Positions 28,029 through 37,729 of a stretch of 64,000 bases of DNA are shown in pieces. Location: contig JAVZNE010000002.1 of the NCBI GenBank assembly GCA_038882975.1, positions 64,001-128,000 on the forward strand, read 5' to 3'. The DNA comes from Candidatus Bathyarchaeia archaeon. GTDB lineage: Archaea; Thermoproteota; Bathyarchaeia; Bathyarchaeales; Bathycorpusculaceae. The notes beneath the pieces were generated by a model, which worked only from the letters and a program-made list of their open reading frames with translations, searched no databases and had not been told where the DNA came from. The first letter of the stretch is position 1. Each line of letters opens with the position of its first letter. The position numbers and the translations under genes were made by a program.

Positions 28029-28360
28029 TGATGTCGGAGGAAGAGCTTGAAGAACTTCGCCAGAAAAAGCTTTTGGCACTGCAGCGAAGGATAGCCGAAG
28101 AACAGCGGAGAGCCCAAATGGAACAGCAACTCGAAATGCAAAAACAAGCCATATTAAAAAGCATACTAACACCAGAAGCGAGGCAAAGGTTGGCGAATCT
28201 AAAACTTGTTAAGCCAGAGTTTACGGCGCAGCTGGAGCTCCAGCTAATCCAGTTAGCTCAAATGGGAAAGCTGCCAGTACCTCTGACCGACGAGCAACTT
28301 AAAAAAATACTAATCCAGCTTCAGGGTCAAAGGCGTGAAATAAAGATAAGAAGGATTTAA
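28028..28360 (+). CDS. PDCD5-family DNA-binding protein
   Basis: [19 protein letters not shown]; conserved position after rps19e. Confidence 0.93.
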   Translation: MMSEEELEELRQKKLLALQRRIAEEQRRAQMEQQLEMQKQAILKSILTPEARQRLANLKLVKPEFTAQLELQLIQLAQMGKLPVPLTDEQLKKILIQLQGQRREIKIRRI

Positions 28361-28361
28361 T

Positions 28362-28517
28362 ATGGCTAGATTCAAGCCTCCAGCCAAAAAGAGGAGACTG
28401 GCAAAAGCTGGAAAACAGAAAAGGGCTGTTCCAACATGGGTTATAGCAAAAACTGCCGGAAAATTTAGAACTCATCCAAAAAGGAGACATTGGAGAACCC
28501 GCAAAATAAAGGCTTAA
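28362..28517 (+). CDS. rpl39e: 50S ribosomal protein L39e (not in ORF track)
   Basis: Hand translation [39 protein letters not shown]. Confidence 0.95.
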   Translation: MARFKPPAKKRRLAKAGKQKRAVPTWVIAKTAGKFRTHPKRRHWRTRKIKA

Positions 28518-28530
28518 GAGGTGAAAAGGC

Positions 28531-29061
28531 ATGAGGGCAGAAGAAGCCAAAGAAAAGACAAGTGAAGATGTTGAGGAGGAAGCTGGCAGAGGAGAAACCG
28601 AGCAAAAAGAAGAGGAAACCACCGAAGAGGCGAGAGGAGAGGAAGCTGCAGAGGAATCTTTAGAGGAAGAATTAGTAGAGGAGACTGAAGCTGAAAAACC
28701 GCTAGAAGAGGAGGAAGCCAAAGAAGAGGTTAAGCCTCCAAGAGAGGAGATTGAAGAAGAAATTGTTGAAGAAAGATTTTATACTATACCGCTTGGTAAG
28801 GCTTGGCTTGTACCTCCGAACAAGAGGGCGCCAAAAGCCATTAGGATAATACGGGATTTTATTAAAAGGCATATGAAGCTGGAGGCAAAAAGAGAGGGCG
28901 AGGAAGAAGAGGAAGCCGAGCCTAAGAAGCTCATAATAAGTAATGAGGTAAATGAGAGGGTTTGGAGCAGGGGTATAGAGAAGCCTCCGCGGAAAATACG
29001 TGTGAGAGCCGCTAGAGATAGGGATGGAAACGTTACTGTTTATCTGGCTGAAGGAGACTAA
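28531..29061 (+). CDS. rpl31e: 50S ribosomal protein L31e with long acidic N-terminal extension
   Basis: ERFYTIPL, RAPKAIRIIRDFIKRHMK, VNERVWSRGIEKPPRKIRVRA. Confidence 0.93.
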   Translation: MRAEEAKEKTSEDVEEEAGRGETEQKEEETTEEARGEEAAEESLEEELVEETEAEKPLEEEEAKEEVKPPREEIEEEIVEERFYTIPLGKAWLVPPNKRAPKAIRIIRDFIKRHMKLEAKREGEEEEEAEPKKLIISNEVNERVWSRGIEKPPRKIRVRAARDRDGNVTVYLAEGD

Positions 29062-29063
29062 GC

Positions 29064-29759
29064 TTGGCAATTTACCTAGCAAGCCTCTTTGGAAGCTCAA
29101 GCATAGGAGTATATTCGCTAGCCACCGAGAAGATACTTATAATCCCAAAGTTTGTCCCCCTCAAAAAAGCTGAAAGAATTGGAAATTGGCTTAAAGTCAA
29201 ACTTGTACACACAACTATAGGAGGCTCAATACTGGTCGGCGCTTTGGCGTGCGCCAACTCAAATGGAATTCTTCTGCCCCACTTTGTAAGAGACTATGAA
29301 ATTGATGCAATAAAAGCCGCATTCGACGGAAACATAACAGTCATGGAAACAAAGAAGACAGCTTACGGAAACATGGTTCTGGCAAACGATTACGGTGCAA
29401 TTGTAGACCCAAGGTTGAAGACGTCTGAAATTAGGAAAATCTCCGACACCCTCGGTGTTGAGGCTGTCCCCGGGGAAATAGCTCAACTCCCATATGTAGG
29501 CTCATTGGCGGTTGCAACTAATAAAGGTGTGTTAGCGCATCCACTGCTGAAGGAAGAGGAGCGTAAGCTTTTGGAAGATGTTCTAAAAGTACCGGTGGAC
29601 GTTGGCACGGTTAACTGCGGCATACCATACGTGGGAACAGGACTAATAAGTAACAGCCACGCTGCCGTTGCTGGTTCGCTTACAACCGGCCCAGAAATGT
29701 TTATAATTGGACATGCCTTGGGTGTAGTAAAGGAAGATGAGCAAAGTGAAAGTTTTTAG
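29064..29759 (+). CDS. eif6: Translation initiation factor 6
   Basis: IGVYSLATE, GNMVLANDYGA, GTVNCG, TTGPE. Confidence 0.95.
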   Translation: MAIYLASLFGSSSIGVYSLATEKILIIPKFVPLKKAERIGNWLKVKLVHTTIGGSILVGALACANSNGILLPHFVRDYEIDAIKAAFDGNITVMETKKTAYGNMVLANDYGAIVDPRLKTSEIRKISDTLGVEAVPGEIAQLPYVGSLAVATNKGVLAHPLLKEEERKLLEDVLKVPVDVGTVNCGIPYVGTGLISNSHAAVAGSLTTGPEMFIIGHALGVVKEDEQSESF

Positions 29760-29976
29760 AGTTACGGGCGAAATTAGAAAACCAAATCTGAAAACCCATT
29801 TCAGAAAAGAGGTCATAGCGGTTAAGCCCGAACACGCCATAGAAAAAGTCTATACTGAATTGGGCAGCAAACACCGCGTTAAACGCTTCCACATAAAAAT
29901 AACCAGCGTGGACGAAATCTCGCTACAAGAAATTGAAGACCCATTGATAAGGAAGATGGTAGTAGGGGAAATATAA
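29737..29976 (+). CDS. rpl18a: 50S ribosomal protein L18a/LX
   Basis: FRKEVIA..AIEKVYTELGSKHRVKR. Confidence 0.92.
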   Translation: MSKVKVFRVTGEIRKPNLKTHFRKEVIAVKPEHAIEKVYTELGSKHRVKRFHIKITSVDEISLQEIEDPLIRKMVVGEI

Positions 29977-29977
29977 G

Positions 29978-30412
29978 TTGGCGGCAAAAGCTGAAGAAGA
30001 GCTAAGAAGATTAAGCGTTGAAATGCGCATTTTAGAACAGACAGCGGAAGCCCTGCAATCGCGAATAAACATGATAAATGCGGTAATAACGGACTTGACT
30101 TATGCAAACATGACATTGGAAGGCTTAGAAAAGCAGAAGGAGAACGCGGAGCTTCTGGTCCCGATAGGTGGAAATTCCTACATAAAAGCGAGGCTTGAAA
30201 CTCCTGACAAGGTAACCGTGGGAATTGGAGCTGGCGTCTCAGTTGAGAAAACTTTGCAAGAAGCCAAGGAGATAATTAGGAAAAGGCTTGAGGAGTTGGA
30301 AAAGAGTAGGACGTCCCTCCAGCAGCAGTTTTCACAAGTTGTTGATAGAATAAATGAAGATAGGGAACGATTTGAGGAGTTGGCGTCCCATTTAAGAAAG
30401 GAGTCTTCCTAA
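29978..30412 (+). CDS. pfdA: Prefoldin alpha subunit
   Basis: ELLVPIGGNSYIKA, VGIGAGVSVEK, coiled coils. Confidence 0.95.
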   Translation: MAAKAEEELRRLSVEMRILEQTAEALQSRINMINAVITDLTYANMTLEGLEKQKENAELLVPIGGNSYIKARLETPDKVTVGIGAGVSVEKTLQEAKEIIRKRLEELEKSRTSLQQQFSQVVDRINEDRERFEELASHLRKESS

Positions 30413-30416
30413 AGGG

Positions 30417-31322
30417 ATGTTTGAGAGGCTTAAGTCTGGCTTAAGCAGTCTAATAAGCAAGATTACAACAACAGAGCTTAAACCCGAAAACCTCCGACAA
30501 ATACTTTCAGAGTTTAAGCTAAATCTGATAGAGAACGACGTTGCAGTTCCTGTGGCAGAACGCATATGCGAAGAAATAGAAAAACGCTTGAACGGGGTTC
30601 AGGTCAAAAGGCTTGAGGACAAAAAGAAGGTTGTGGAGCAGCACCTCCGTGAAGTACTCTTAGGGGTTATGCGCACAAACAGCAAAATAGATTTGTTTAA
30701 AGCAATTGAGGAGAAAAGAAAGCAAAGGGAGCCTTTTGTCATCGTTTTTGTTGGGATAAACGGCACTGGAAAAACAACGACAATAGCCAAGGTTGCCAAA
30801 CTCCTGAACAATAATGGTTATACTGTTGTACTTGCTTGTAGTGACACCTACCGAGCGGGCTCCATTGAACAATTAGAGACCCATGCTAAGCGTTTAGGCA
30901 TACGAATGATAAAGCACAAGTATGGTGCAGACCCAGCGGCTGTAGCTTATGATGCAATAAGCCATGCAAAGGCTCACGGAATTCACGCTGTCTTGATAGA
31001 TACTGCGGGTCGGATGCAGACAAACCGCAACTTGATGAGTGAACTTGCAAAAATTAAGCGGGTTGTAAACCCTGACCTAACTATCTTAACGGTCGACTCT
31101 TTAACCGGCAATGATGCAGTAATGCAAGCAGAAGAATTTCACAAAAGTGTTGGCATAGACGCAACAATTCTGACGAAGGTGGATGCTGACATTAAAGGCG
31201 GTTCAGCCCTAAGTGTAACATACGTTACACAAAAACCCATCTTGTTTGTTGGAACCGGACAAAGATATGAGGATTTAGAGGAATTTCAGCCTGAAAAATT
31301 TGTTGACATGATACTGAAATAA
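30417..31322 (+). CDS. ftsY: SRP receptor FtsY
   Basis: GINGTGKTTT, DTYRAG, DTAGR, TKVD, GTGQ. Confidence 0.97.
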   Translation: MFERLKSGLSSLISKITTTELKPENLRQILSEFKLNLIENDVAVPVAERICEEIEKRLNGVQVKRLEDKKKVVEQHLREVLLGVMRTNSKIDLFKAIEEKRKQREPFVIVFVGINGTGKTTTIAKVAKLLNNNGYTVVLACSDTYRAGSIEQLETHAKRLGIRMIKHKYGADPAAVAYDAISHAKAHGIHAVLIDTAGRMQTNRNLMSELAKIKRVVNPDLTILTVDSLTGNDAVMQAEEFHKSVGIDATILTKVDADIKGGSALSVTYVTQKPILFVGTGQRYEDLEEFQPEKFVDMILK

Positions 31323-31328
31323 TCGGTT

Positions 31329-31844
31329 CTATTGTTTATGCTCATCTACCGTGAAACGTAGCCGCTTAAAAATTTCTTTAAAGCCCAGCTTCCTAAATAG
31401 TTTTAGGGATGGAATGTTGTTAGAGTAGACGTCGGCCTCCACGCATTCCACACCCTTGCCAATGAACCAATCGAGCATAGCCTTCACAAGTGCTTTACCG
31501 ATGCCACGCCTTCTGTAAGATTTTTCAACAAAACAGTCGCATATATAGCCCCTCTTACCCTTATAAGCCCAAGGCTGGCTAACCCAGCCAAGTGAGTAGC
31601 CAACGATTTTCCCTTCAACTTCGGCGACAAAAACAACAGTGTTCTCACCCTTTATGTTCTTGAGAAGCCAGCTTGGACTTTGAAACTCACTGGGCAGTGG
31701 AGAAATCATAGAGTCCATAGCGCTCTCGTCCCTTCCAAGCTTTTCCGAAAGCTTAACAATCTCCTGTAAATCCTCTTCATTGGCATGTCGAATCTTCACA
31801 TCTACAAGAGAAACGCTTGAGGATTTCGCTTTGTTGGACGACAT
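31329..31844 (-). CDS. GNAT family N-acetyltransferase
   Basis: VEKSYRRRGIGKALV acetyl-CoA motif A; N..SLKLFRKLGF. Confidence 0.9.
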   Translation of the reverse strand: MSSNKAKSSSVSLVDVKIRHANEEDLQEIVKLSEKLGRDESAMDSMISPLPSEFQSPSWLLKNIKGENTVVFVAEVEGKIVGYSLGWVSQPWAYKGKRGYICDCFVEKSYRRRGIGKALVKAMLDWFIGKGVECVEADVYSNNIPSLKLFRKLGFKEIFKRLRFTVDEHKQ

Positions 31845-31866
31845 AAAATCACTTCCAAAATTTGAG

Positions 31867-32937
31867 CTATTGCAACGCTCCGCTGGAAACATTTAATTTC
31901 TTGAGAATTTCCTTGTGCAATTTCGGATGAGTCAAATCTTCATTAATATCAATGAACTTAATTCTCAATCTTCGATCCGCCTCTGCTGGAAGTTTTGCAA
32001 CACCAAGCACTTCAAACCTAAACAAAGCCGATTTATACCAGTTAATTCCCGGATTTTTGCTCACTTTAAAGCCCAAATCATAGGCGAATTCTTCGTAGTT
32101 GGCAGTGCCATAATCCATCGGGTACACGGAAAAGCCTTGAATAATGTCCGTGATTACACATTTCATTTTGGCAAGCAACTTCTGAACAACCAGCCACTTT
32201 TTCAACGAGGCTTCGTAATGGGTTAAACCAAAATATCCCACGCCGCTTTCTTTGAGGCAAGCTACACCCCTCGTTATAAAGGCCTTTAAGCCAGAAACCG
32301 TTTCGAGAGGCTCCGAAGAGAATACATCGAATTTCCTTCGAAGCTCCTTCGGCAACGGTTCAGCCACATTGTATTCAACAAATTCTATGTTAAAGCCATA
32401 ATCCTTATTGACTTCTTGCAAGAAATCGCCCAACCGCTTGTCAATGTCTAAGACAGTTATGCGGGAAGGCAAACCAGTTAGAGCTAAGGCAATGCTCAAT
32501 AGGTCGTCATCACCAATCAAAACGATTTCTTTTTGATCTAGGTCCCCATAATAGTGCATTAGGGCTGCCCGCGCAACCACATCTTGCTCAAGCATGTAAC
32601 CCTGGAAAAAGTTAAGGGAAGGACTTGGCCTTTTTTCAGCAATCTTCTTGAACTTTTCGAGAACTTCCTTGAACTTTGCCTCGGGAATTATCCGCTTGCC
32701 AAGGCATGAAGGGCAGATTTTTCCCTCAAAGTCTAGGCTTCTTGGGCTGATTTTTTCTTTGCCCTTCTCGGTTATATAGAAGCCGTTTTCATCAGTGGCG
32801 ATAAGCCTTTCGCTATTTAGTCTTTTAAGCGCTGCTACAAAGTCCTTCAAGGGGCTGTTAATCTTGTCCAGAAGCTCCCAGAAGGTTTTCCTTGAAACTG
32901 CAAGTTCACGAAGTATTCTGGCTTCCAACCTCTCCAA
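31867..32937 (-). CDS. bpsA: Branched-chain polyamine synthase (N4-bis(aminopropyl)spermidine synthase)
   Basis: IGDDDLLSIA, VLDIDKRL, EPLET, WYKS; likely TTG start 32937. Confidence 0.85.
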   Translation of the reverse strand: MERLEARILRELAVSRKTFWELLDKINSPLKDFVAALKRLNSERLIATDENGFYITEKGKEKISPRSLDFEGKICPSCLGKRIIPEAKFKEVLEKFKKIAEKRPSPSLNFFQGYMLEQDVVARAALMHYYGDLDQKEIVLIGDDDLLSIALALTGLPSRITVLDIDKRLGDFLQEVNKDYGFNIEFVEYNVAEPLPKELRRKFDVFSSEPLETVSGLKAFITRGVACLKESGVGYFGLTHYEASLKKWLVVQKLLAKMKCVITDIIQGFSVYPMDYGTANYEEFAYDLGFKVSKNPGINWYKSALFRFEVLGVAKLPAEADRRLRIKFIDINEDLTHPKLHKEILKKLNVSSGALQ

Positions 32938-33271
32938 TAATATCCCTCCTAATAACACGTTTCTCAACACTTTTGGGCTGAAACTCCTCCAGCAACAATT
33001 CAAAAGCCTTCAAGGCCGGACCGTCATCACCACATGTGAAAATATCTAAAGCTACATAACCATACTCAGGCCATGTGTGAACACTCAAGTGCGACTCACT
33101 TAGGAGATAAATGGCGGAAACCCCATAAGGCTCAAACTGATGAAAACTTGAAGAAATAACATGCAAACCAGATTTAGCAACTACCCTATCCAAAACCACC
33201 CGAAGCTCTTCCGCTCTTGAAATCTTCCGGGGATCCACACCCCGAAATTCGGCGATAATGTGGATGCCCAT
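32906..33271 (-). CDS. speD: S-adenosylmethionine decarboxylase proenzyme
   Basis: GIHIIAE, HQFEPYGVS, LSESHLSVHTWPE, DIFTCG. Confidence 0.95.
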   Translation of the reverse strand: MGIHIIAEFRGVDPRKISRAEELRVVLDRVVAKSGLHVISSSFHQFEPYGVSAIYLLSESHLSVHTWPEYGYVALDIFTCGDDGPALKAFELLLEEFQPKSVEKRVIRRDIIGEVGSQNTS

Positions 33272-33436
33272 ATCGAACACCCAGCATTATCGTCGAACTC
33301 GGAAGCATGTTCCGCATGGTTTTAGGCCAACTATGCATACGTTTTCTATCCTCTGAGATTTTCCCGAAAATTTTCCTTTTATAAATTTTTTGCTGCCTAA
33401 ACCTCAACATTAAAGATACACAATAACCTTATCGCT

Positions 33437-33916
33437 TCAAATTTTGGGCATAGACTCCTTAAACTTTTGCAAATTCATCGGGATGAGAACCTCCCTCTTT
33501 AACAGTTCGCATGGCCAATGTTTACATTCATCACAGTATTTAATTCCCCTCTTTGCGGCACACACTCTTCTTTTCGTCAACCACTTTTCCTTAGCTTTAA
33601 GAAACTTTGAAATACCCTTTTCTTTTATTTGCTTCATGTTACACCAAACGTCTAAAAACCATGCACTTGACTCTAATGTTTCTGCTTTGAAGAAATCGAA
33701 AGGCTTGCATGGGAAACTTTTGCAGTCTAAACATATTGTAAGGTTTTTGCTAGCTGCACATTTGTAGATCTTGCAGTATTTTTGATATTCTTTGCTTAAG
33801 CCTTTACCGCTTCTGCAACCCTCACACTCGCCTCTGAGTAAGCCAGTACACTCGCCACAGTAAAGACCACAGGGAGCAACAAGATTCCAATCTGTTGTTT
33901 TCAAGTTGTCAACCAC
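33437..33916 (-). CDS. DUF3795 Cys-rich protein
   Basis: APCGLYCGEC..CEGC..CKIYKCA..CLDCKSFPC. Confidence 0.8.
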   Translation of the reverse strand: MVDNLKTTDWNLVAPCGLYCGECTGLLRGECEGCRSGKGLSKEYQKYCKIYKCAASKNLTICLDCKSFPCKPFDFFKAETLESSAWFLDVWCNMKQIKEKGISKFLKAKEKWLTKRRVCAAKRGIKYCDECKHWPCELLKREVLIPMNLQKFKESMPKI

Positions 33917-33929
33917 ATGGTGCTCTAAC

Positions 33930-34844
33930 TTAGAATTTTTCAAGCAGTTTAAGCAATATAGCTTTCGCTGAGTAGAGGCGATTCTCGCTTTGCTCATAGA
34001 TAATCGAGTTTGGGCTCTCTATGATGTCTGCGCTTATCTCGTAGCCTCTGTGGATTGGCATGTCATGCATTATGTAGGCGCCGCTTCCCCGCAGTAGCTC
34101 CTTATTTATTTGATATGGCATCATAAGTTTGATGCGCTTTTCCTTTTCAGCGGCGAACTTCGGATCTGTGAAAAATTCCATGTCAACCCATGTGTCAGTG
34201 TAAACGAAGTCCGCGTCCTTTACGGCTTCCTTAACGTCCAATGTGGTCTCATAAAGTCCGGTTTTCTTAGCCTCCTCTAAAAGTTCATCGTCCCTTGAAG
34301 GTTCATTGAAAATTGGCGTTACAGTGGTTATTTTCACACCTGTTTTTGTGCATCCTTCAATGAGGGAGTTGCAGACGTTGTTATGAACCCCTATGTAAAC
34401 AAGCTTTAAACCCTTCAGCTTGCCTTTCTTCTCCTTCATGGTCATTAGGTCTGCTATTGCTTGGCTTGGATGATATTTTTCATCGCAACCATTTATTACC
34501 GGAACACGGGAGGCTTTAGCCATTACTTGTAGGTCGGCGTTTCGCAGAAGCCTTGCCATTATGCAGTCAACATTTCGAGACAAGTATTGTGTTTCGTCGC
34601 ATATGTCGGCTATTGTAAAGTTTGTTGTTCTCCAATCGATGTAAAGTGCATGGCCCCCAAGCTGTGTCATGGCAACCTCAAAAGAGACCCTGGTTCGTGT
34701 GGAGGTTTTCTGAAATATCATGGCCAGTGATTTGCCATCTAAAGCCCTTCGATATTTTTCTGGGTTTTGCTTCACCTCAATGGCCTTATCAATTATCTCC
34801 AAAAGTTGTTGCCCAGACAAATTTTTGAAGTTAATTAGATGCAT
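33930..34844 (-). CDS. argF: Ornithine carbamoyltransferase (transcarbamylase family)
   Basis: STRTRVSFE, HPSQ, EQSENRL; variant HDMP and DTWVDM motifs. Confidence 0.85.
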   Translation of the reverse strand: MHLINFKNLSGQQLLEIIDKAIEVKQNPEKYRRALDGKSLAMIFQKTSTRTRVSFEVAMTQLGGHALYIDWRTTNFTIADICDETQYLSRNVDCIMARLLRNADLQVMAKASRVPVINGCDEKYHPSQAIADLMTMKEKKGKLKGLKLVYIGVHNNVCNSLIEGCTKTGVKITTVTPIFNEPSRDDELLEEAKKTGLYETTLDVKEAVKDADFVYTDTWVDMEFFTDPKFAAEKEKRIKLMMPYQINKELLRGSGAYIMHDMPIHRGYEISADIIESPNSIIYEQSENRLYSAKAILLKLLEKF

Positions 34845-34947
34845 TTTGTTTTCACCAGCTTAAACCTAAGGCTTCAACAGTTTTAAGCATTATAAGTTTT
34901 ATGGAAACCTTTATCTCTAAACGGGACATCTTGCAGTTGAGAATGAG

Positions 34948-35757
34948 ATGATTTTGATAGTTGCTTCGACAAAGGATTTGGCAAGCGTAAACATTACAAA
35001 ACAGATTTTAGGCAACTACCCTTTTAAGCTGGTCAAAAAAGGAGTTTACAACGCCGAAGTTCATGGTCGAAAAGTTGAACTTGTAATACTGAATGAGGAG
35101 TTAGTTTATGCACAGAACATCGCAATACTTCACCCTTCAATAGACCTTGTTATTTTTGTTTCAAGGCATAGTAGTCTAAGTGGGACACCAACGCTGTCGG
35201 TGCATACCCCCGGAAACCTTGGAGATGCGGACTTGGGGGGAATCCCGAGAAAGGTGTCCATAGCTCCGGCCGCCGCTATGAAAACGGCGCTGAGCACTAT
35301 GGCGCAGCTCGTTGAAGAAAGGCGTTTAAATTATAAAGTCTCCTACGAGTGTACCCACCATGGTCCATCATTGGATGTGCCGGCAATGTTCGCCGAATTA
35401 GGAAGCACCCCAAAAGACTGGGAAGATCTAAAGGCGGCGGAAGTTGTTGCACACGCCACTATGAGGGCAGTAGCAGATTTTGACAAGCAGACCAGCAGGG
35501 TTGTACTTGGCATCGGAGGACCACATTACAACGAAAAATTTACTAAAATGGCTTTAAAGGATGATATAGCCTTTGGTCACATCGTGCCAAAATATGCTGC
35601 TGCCAAGATTGATGAGGCTATTTTGAGGCAGTGTGCTGAAAGAACTTTGGAAAAGGTTGAGTTTGCTGTTTTGGACTGGAAGGGAATAAAGGGCGAAGAC
35701 AAGCCGAATATTGTTCAGCTGCTTAATAAGATAGGGCTGAAATTCCAAAAAGTTTAA
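34948..35757 (+). CDS. dtdA: D-aminoacyl-tRNA deacylase (archaeal DTD2)
   Basis: SRHSS, LSVHTPGN, ECTHHGP, ELGS, GGPHY. Confidence 0.93.
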   Translation: MILIVASTKDLASVNITKQILGNYPFKLVKKGVYNAEVHGRKVELVILNEELVYAQNIAILHPSIDLVIFVSRHSSLSGTPTLSVHTPGNLGDADLGGIPRKVSIAPAAAMKTALSTMAQLVEERRLNYKVSYECTHHGPSLDVPAMFAELGSTPKDWEDLKAAEVVAHATMRAVADFDKQTSRVVLGIGGPHYNEKFTKMALKDDIAFGHIVPKYAAAKIDEAILRQCAERTLEKVEFAVLDWKGIKGEDKPNIVQLLNKIGLKFQKV

Positions 35758-35849
35758 CAACCCTGCGGCTTTTACATTAACGCTTGGATAGAAAGGTTAA
35801 TAGAAATGCGTGTTTATCTGTATCAAATCGCAATTTGCTGGTTGGCGAA

Positions 35850-36017
35850 ATGGGTTTAAGGTCCTTCCTATCCCAATGCGCAAGAACATTAAAACTTGCA
35901 GTCAAGCCGGGAAGAAGCGAGCTGTGGCTATCGATAAAAATATGCTTCTTAGGCATAGGAGCCGTTGGACTAATAGGCTTTATAATAGCCATGCTGACGA
36001 GGCTAATACCGTTTTAA
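35850..36017 (+). CDS. secE: Protein translocase SecE/Sec61-gamma
   Basis: RTLKLAVKP..E..KICFLGI..VGLIGFII; upstream of spt5. Confidence 0.92.
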   Translation: MGLRSFLSQCARTLKLAVKPGRSELWLSIKICFLGIGAVGLIGFIIAMLTRLIPF

Positions 36018-36023
36018 ACTAAA

Positions 36024-36512
36024 ATGGAGCTGAAAACCTTGGAAAAATTACCCACAAAAATTTTCGCCGTAAGAACCACGACTGGCCAAGAAAGAAATGT
36101 AGCCAAGCTCGTTGCAGCGAGAATAGAAATGAACAAAATACCAATAAAAGCCATTCTCGTTCCAGACACGTTGAGGGGTTATATTTTCATGGAGGCAGAA
36201 GGCCCCCACTTTGTTGAGCAAGCCATAGCTGGCATAAAGCACGTAAGATCAAGAGTTCCGGACTTCGTTAGCTTTTCTGAAATTGAAAAGTATGTTGTTA
36301 GAAAACCCATCATAGAAGAGTTACATGAAAACGACATAGTTGAAGTTACAGACGGCCCCTTCAAAGGGATGCGGGCTAAAATCACACGCATCGACAGAAC
36401 AAAGGAGGAAGTAACGCTGGAACTTCTTGAAGCCACTTTTACGCTTCCAATAACTGTTCATTCAGATTATGTGAAGCTTATTGAAAAAGCAAAGACTGAG
36501 GGAGGCGCATAA
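36024..36512 (+). CDS. spt5: Transcription elongation factor Spt5
   Basis: [30 protein letters not shown]. Confidence 0.96.
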   Translation: MELKTLEKLPTKIFAVRTTTGQERNVAKLVAARIEMNKIPIKAILVPDTLRGYIFMEAEGPHFVEQAIAGIKHVRSRVPDFVSFSEIEKYVVRKPIIEELHENDIVEVTDGPFKGMRAKITRIDRTKEEVTLELLEATFTLPITVHSDYVKLIEKAKTEGGA

Positions 36513-36514
36513 AC

Positions 36515-37009
36515 ATGAGCGAGAAAAAGGTTGTGGAGCTGCTTGTAAGCGGAGGCCAAGCAACGGCTGGTCCGCCATTAGGTCCGGCGCTGGGACCTCT
36601 TGGCGTTAACGTCATGGCTGTGGTGAACAAGATTAATGAGCTTACAAAGGATTATGCCGGAATGAAGGTTCCAGTGAAGGTCACCGTTGACCCTGAAACA
36701 AAAACCTTCGAAGTTAGTGTCGGAACGCCTACAGCCTCAGCCCTCATTGTCAGCGAGTTAAAAATTGAGAAAGGTTCTGGAAACCCAAAGGCACAGAAGG
36801 TTGGAAATTTAACAATGCAGCAGCTTATCCGCATAACGAAGATAAAGCGTCCAGAGCTGCTTTCGAAGACGCTGAAATCTGCGGCTAAGGAAATCCTTGG
36901 AACATGCGTCAGTATGGGTGTAACCGTAGAGGGGAAGGACCCGAAAGAGGTTATGCGGGAAATCGACGAGGGGAAATATGACAAAATATTTGCTGAGAGC
37001 GAAGCGTAA
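36515..37009 (+). CDS. rpl11: 50S ribosomal protein L11
   Basis: [26 protein letters not shown]. Confidence 0.97.
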   Translation: MSEKKVVELLVSGGQATAGPPLGPALGPLGVNVMAVVNKINELTKDYAGMKVPVKVTVDPETKTFEVSVGTPTASALIVSELKIEKGSGNPKAQKVGNLTMQQLIRITKIKRPELLSKTLKSAAKEILGTCVSMGVTVEGKDPKEVMREIDEGKYDKIFAESEA

Positions 37010-37062
37010 AGGAACATTTTTATAAGGGCTTTATAATCCATCAATGGCACGGAGCCAGCAAA

Positions 37063-37716
37063 ATGCCAATAGAACAGAAAACACTGCTTTCAGCCTTAAA
37101 AGAGGCAAAAGAGAAAAGCGGTAAGAGAAACTTCACCCAGTCAGTTGAGCTTATCTTGAACTTACAAGACATTGACATGAAATCCCCGGAAGGAAGGCTT
37201 CAAGAAAACGTGGAGTTGCCCTATCCGCCACCAGAGAAAACAAACAAGATCTGCGTAATTGCCACTGGCGAACTTGCTCTTAAAGCGAAAAGGGCTAATG
37301 CAGACCTGGTGCTGGATAGGGCTGAACTTGAAGGATTAGCTGGAAAGAAGAAGGACTTGCGGAAACTAGCCAATGAATACGACTTCTTCATAGCTGAAGC
37401 CCCCCTAATGCCACTGGTAGGTAAGGTTTTAGGCCCCGCCCTTGGACCGAGAGGGAAAATGCCCATACCAGTTCCGCCAACAGCAGACATTGAAAGTTTG
37501 CTAAACAAGTACCGCAGAACAATCGTTGTTAGAATGCGCAACCAGCCAGTAATCCAGTGCCGAGTTGGAACGGAAAACATGAAAGAGGAAGAGCTAGCTG
37601 AAAACATACAAGCAGTCTTAAGGGTTGTTGAGGGGAAACTGAAAAGGGGAATGAAAAACATTAAATCAGTCTGCATAAAAACAACCATGGGCACACCAGT
37701 AAAGATTAAGCTATAA
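37063..37716 (+). CDS. rpl1: 50S ribosomal protein L1
   Basis: RNFTQSVEL, LGPRGKMP, KTTMG. Confidence 0.97.
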   Translation: MPIEQKTLLSALKEAKEKSGKRNFTQSVELILNLQDIDMKSPEGRLQENVELPYPPPEKTNKICVIATGELALKAKRANADLVLDRAELEGLAGKKKDLRKLANEYDFFIAEAPLMPLVGKVLGPALGPRGKMPIPVPPTADIESLLNKYRRTIVVRMRNQPVIQCRVGTENMKEEELAENIQAVLRVVEGKLKRGMKNIKSVCIKTTMGTPVKIKL

Positions 37717-37729
37717 AGAGGGGAAGCGT

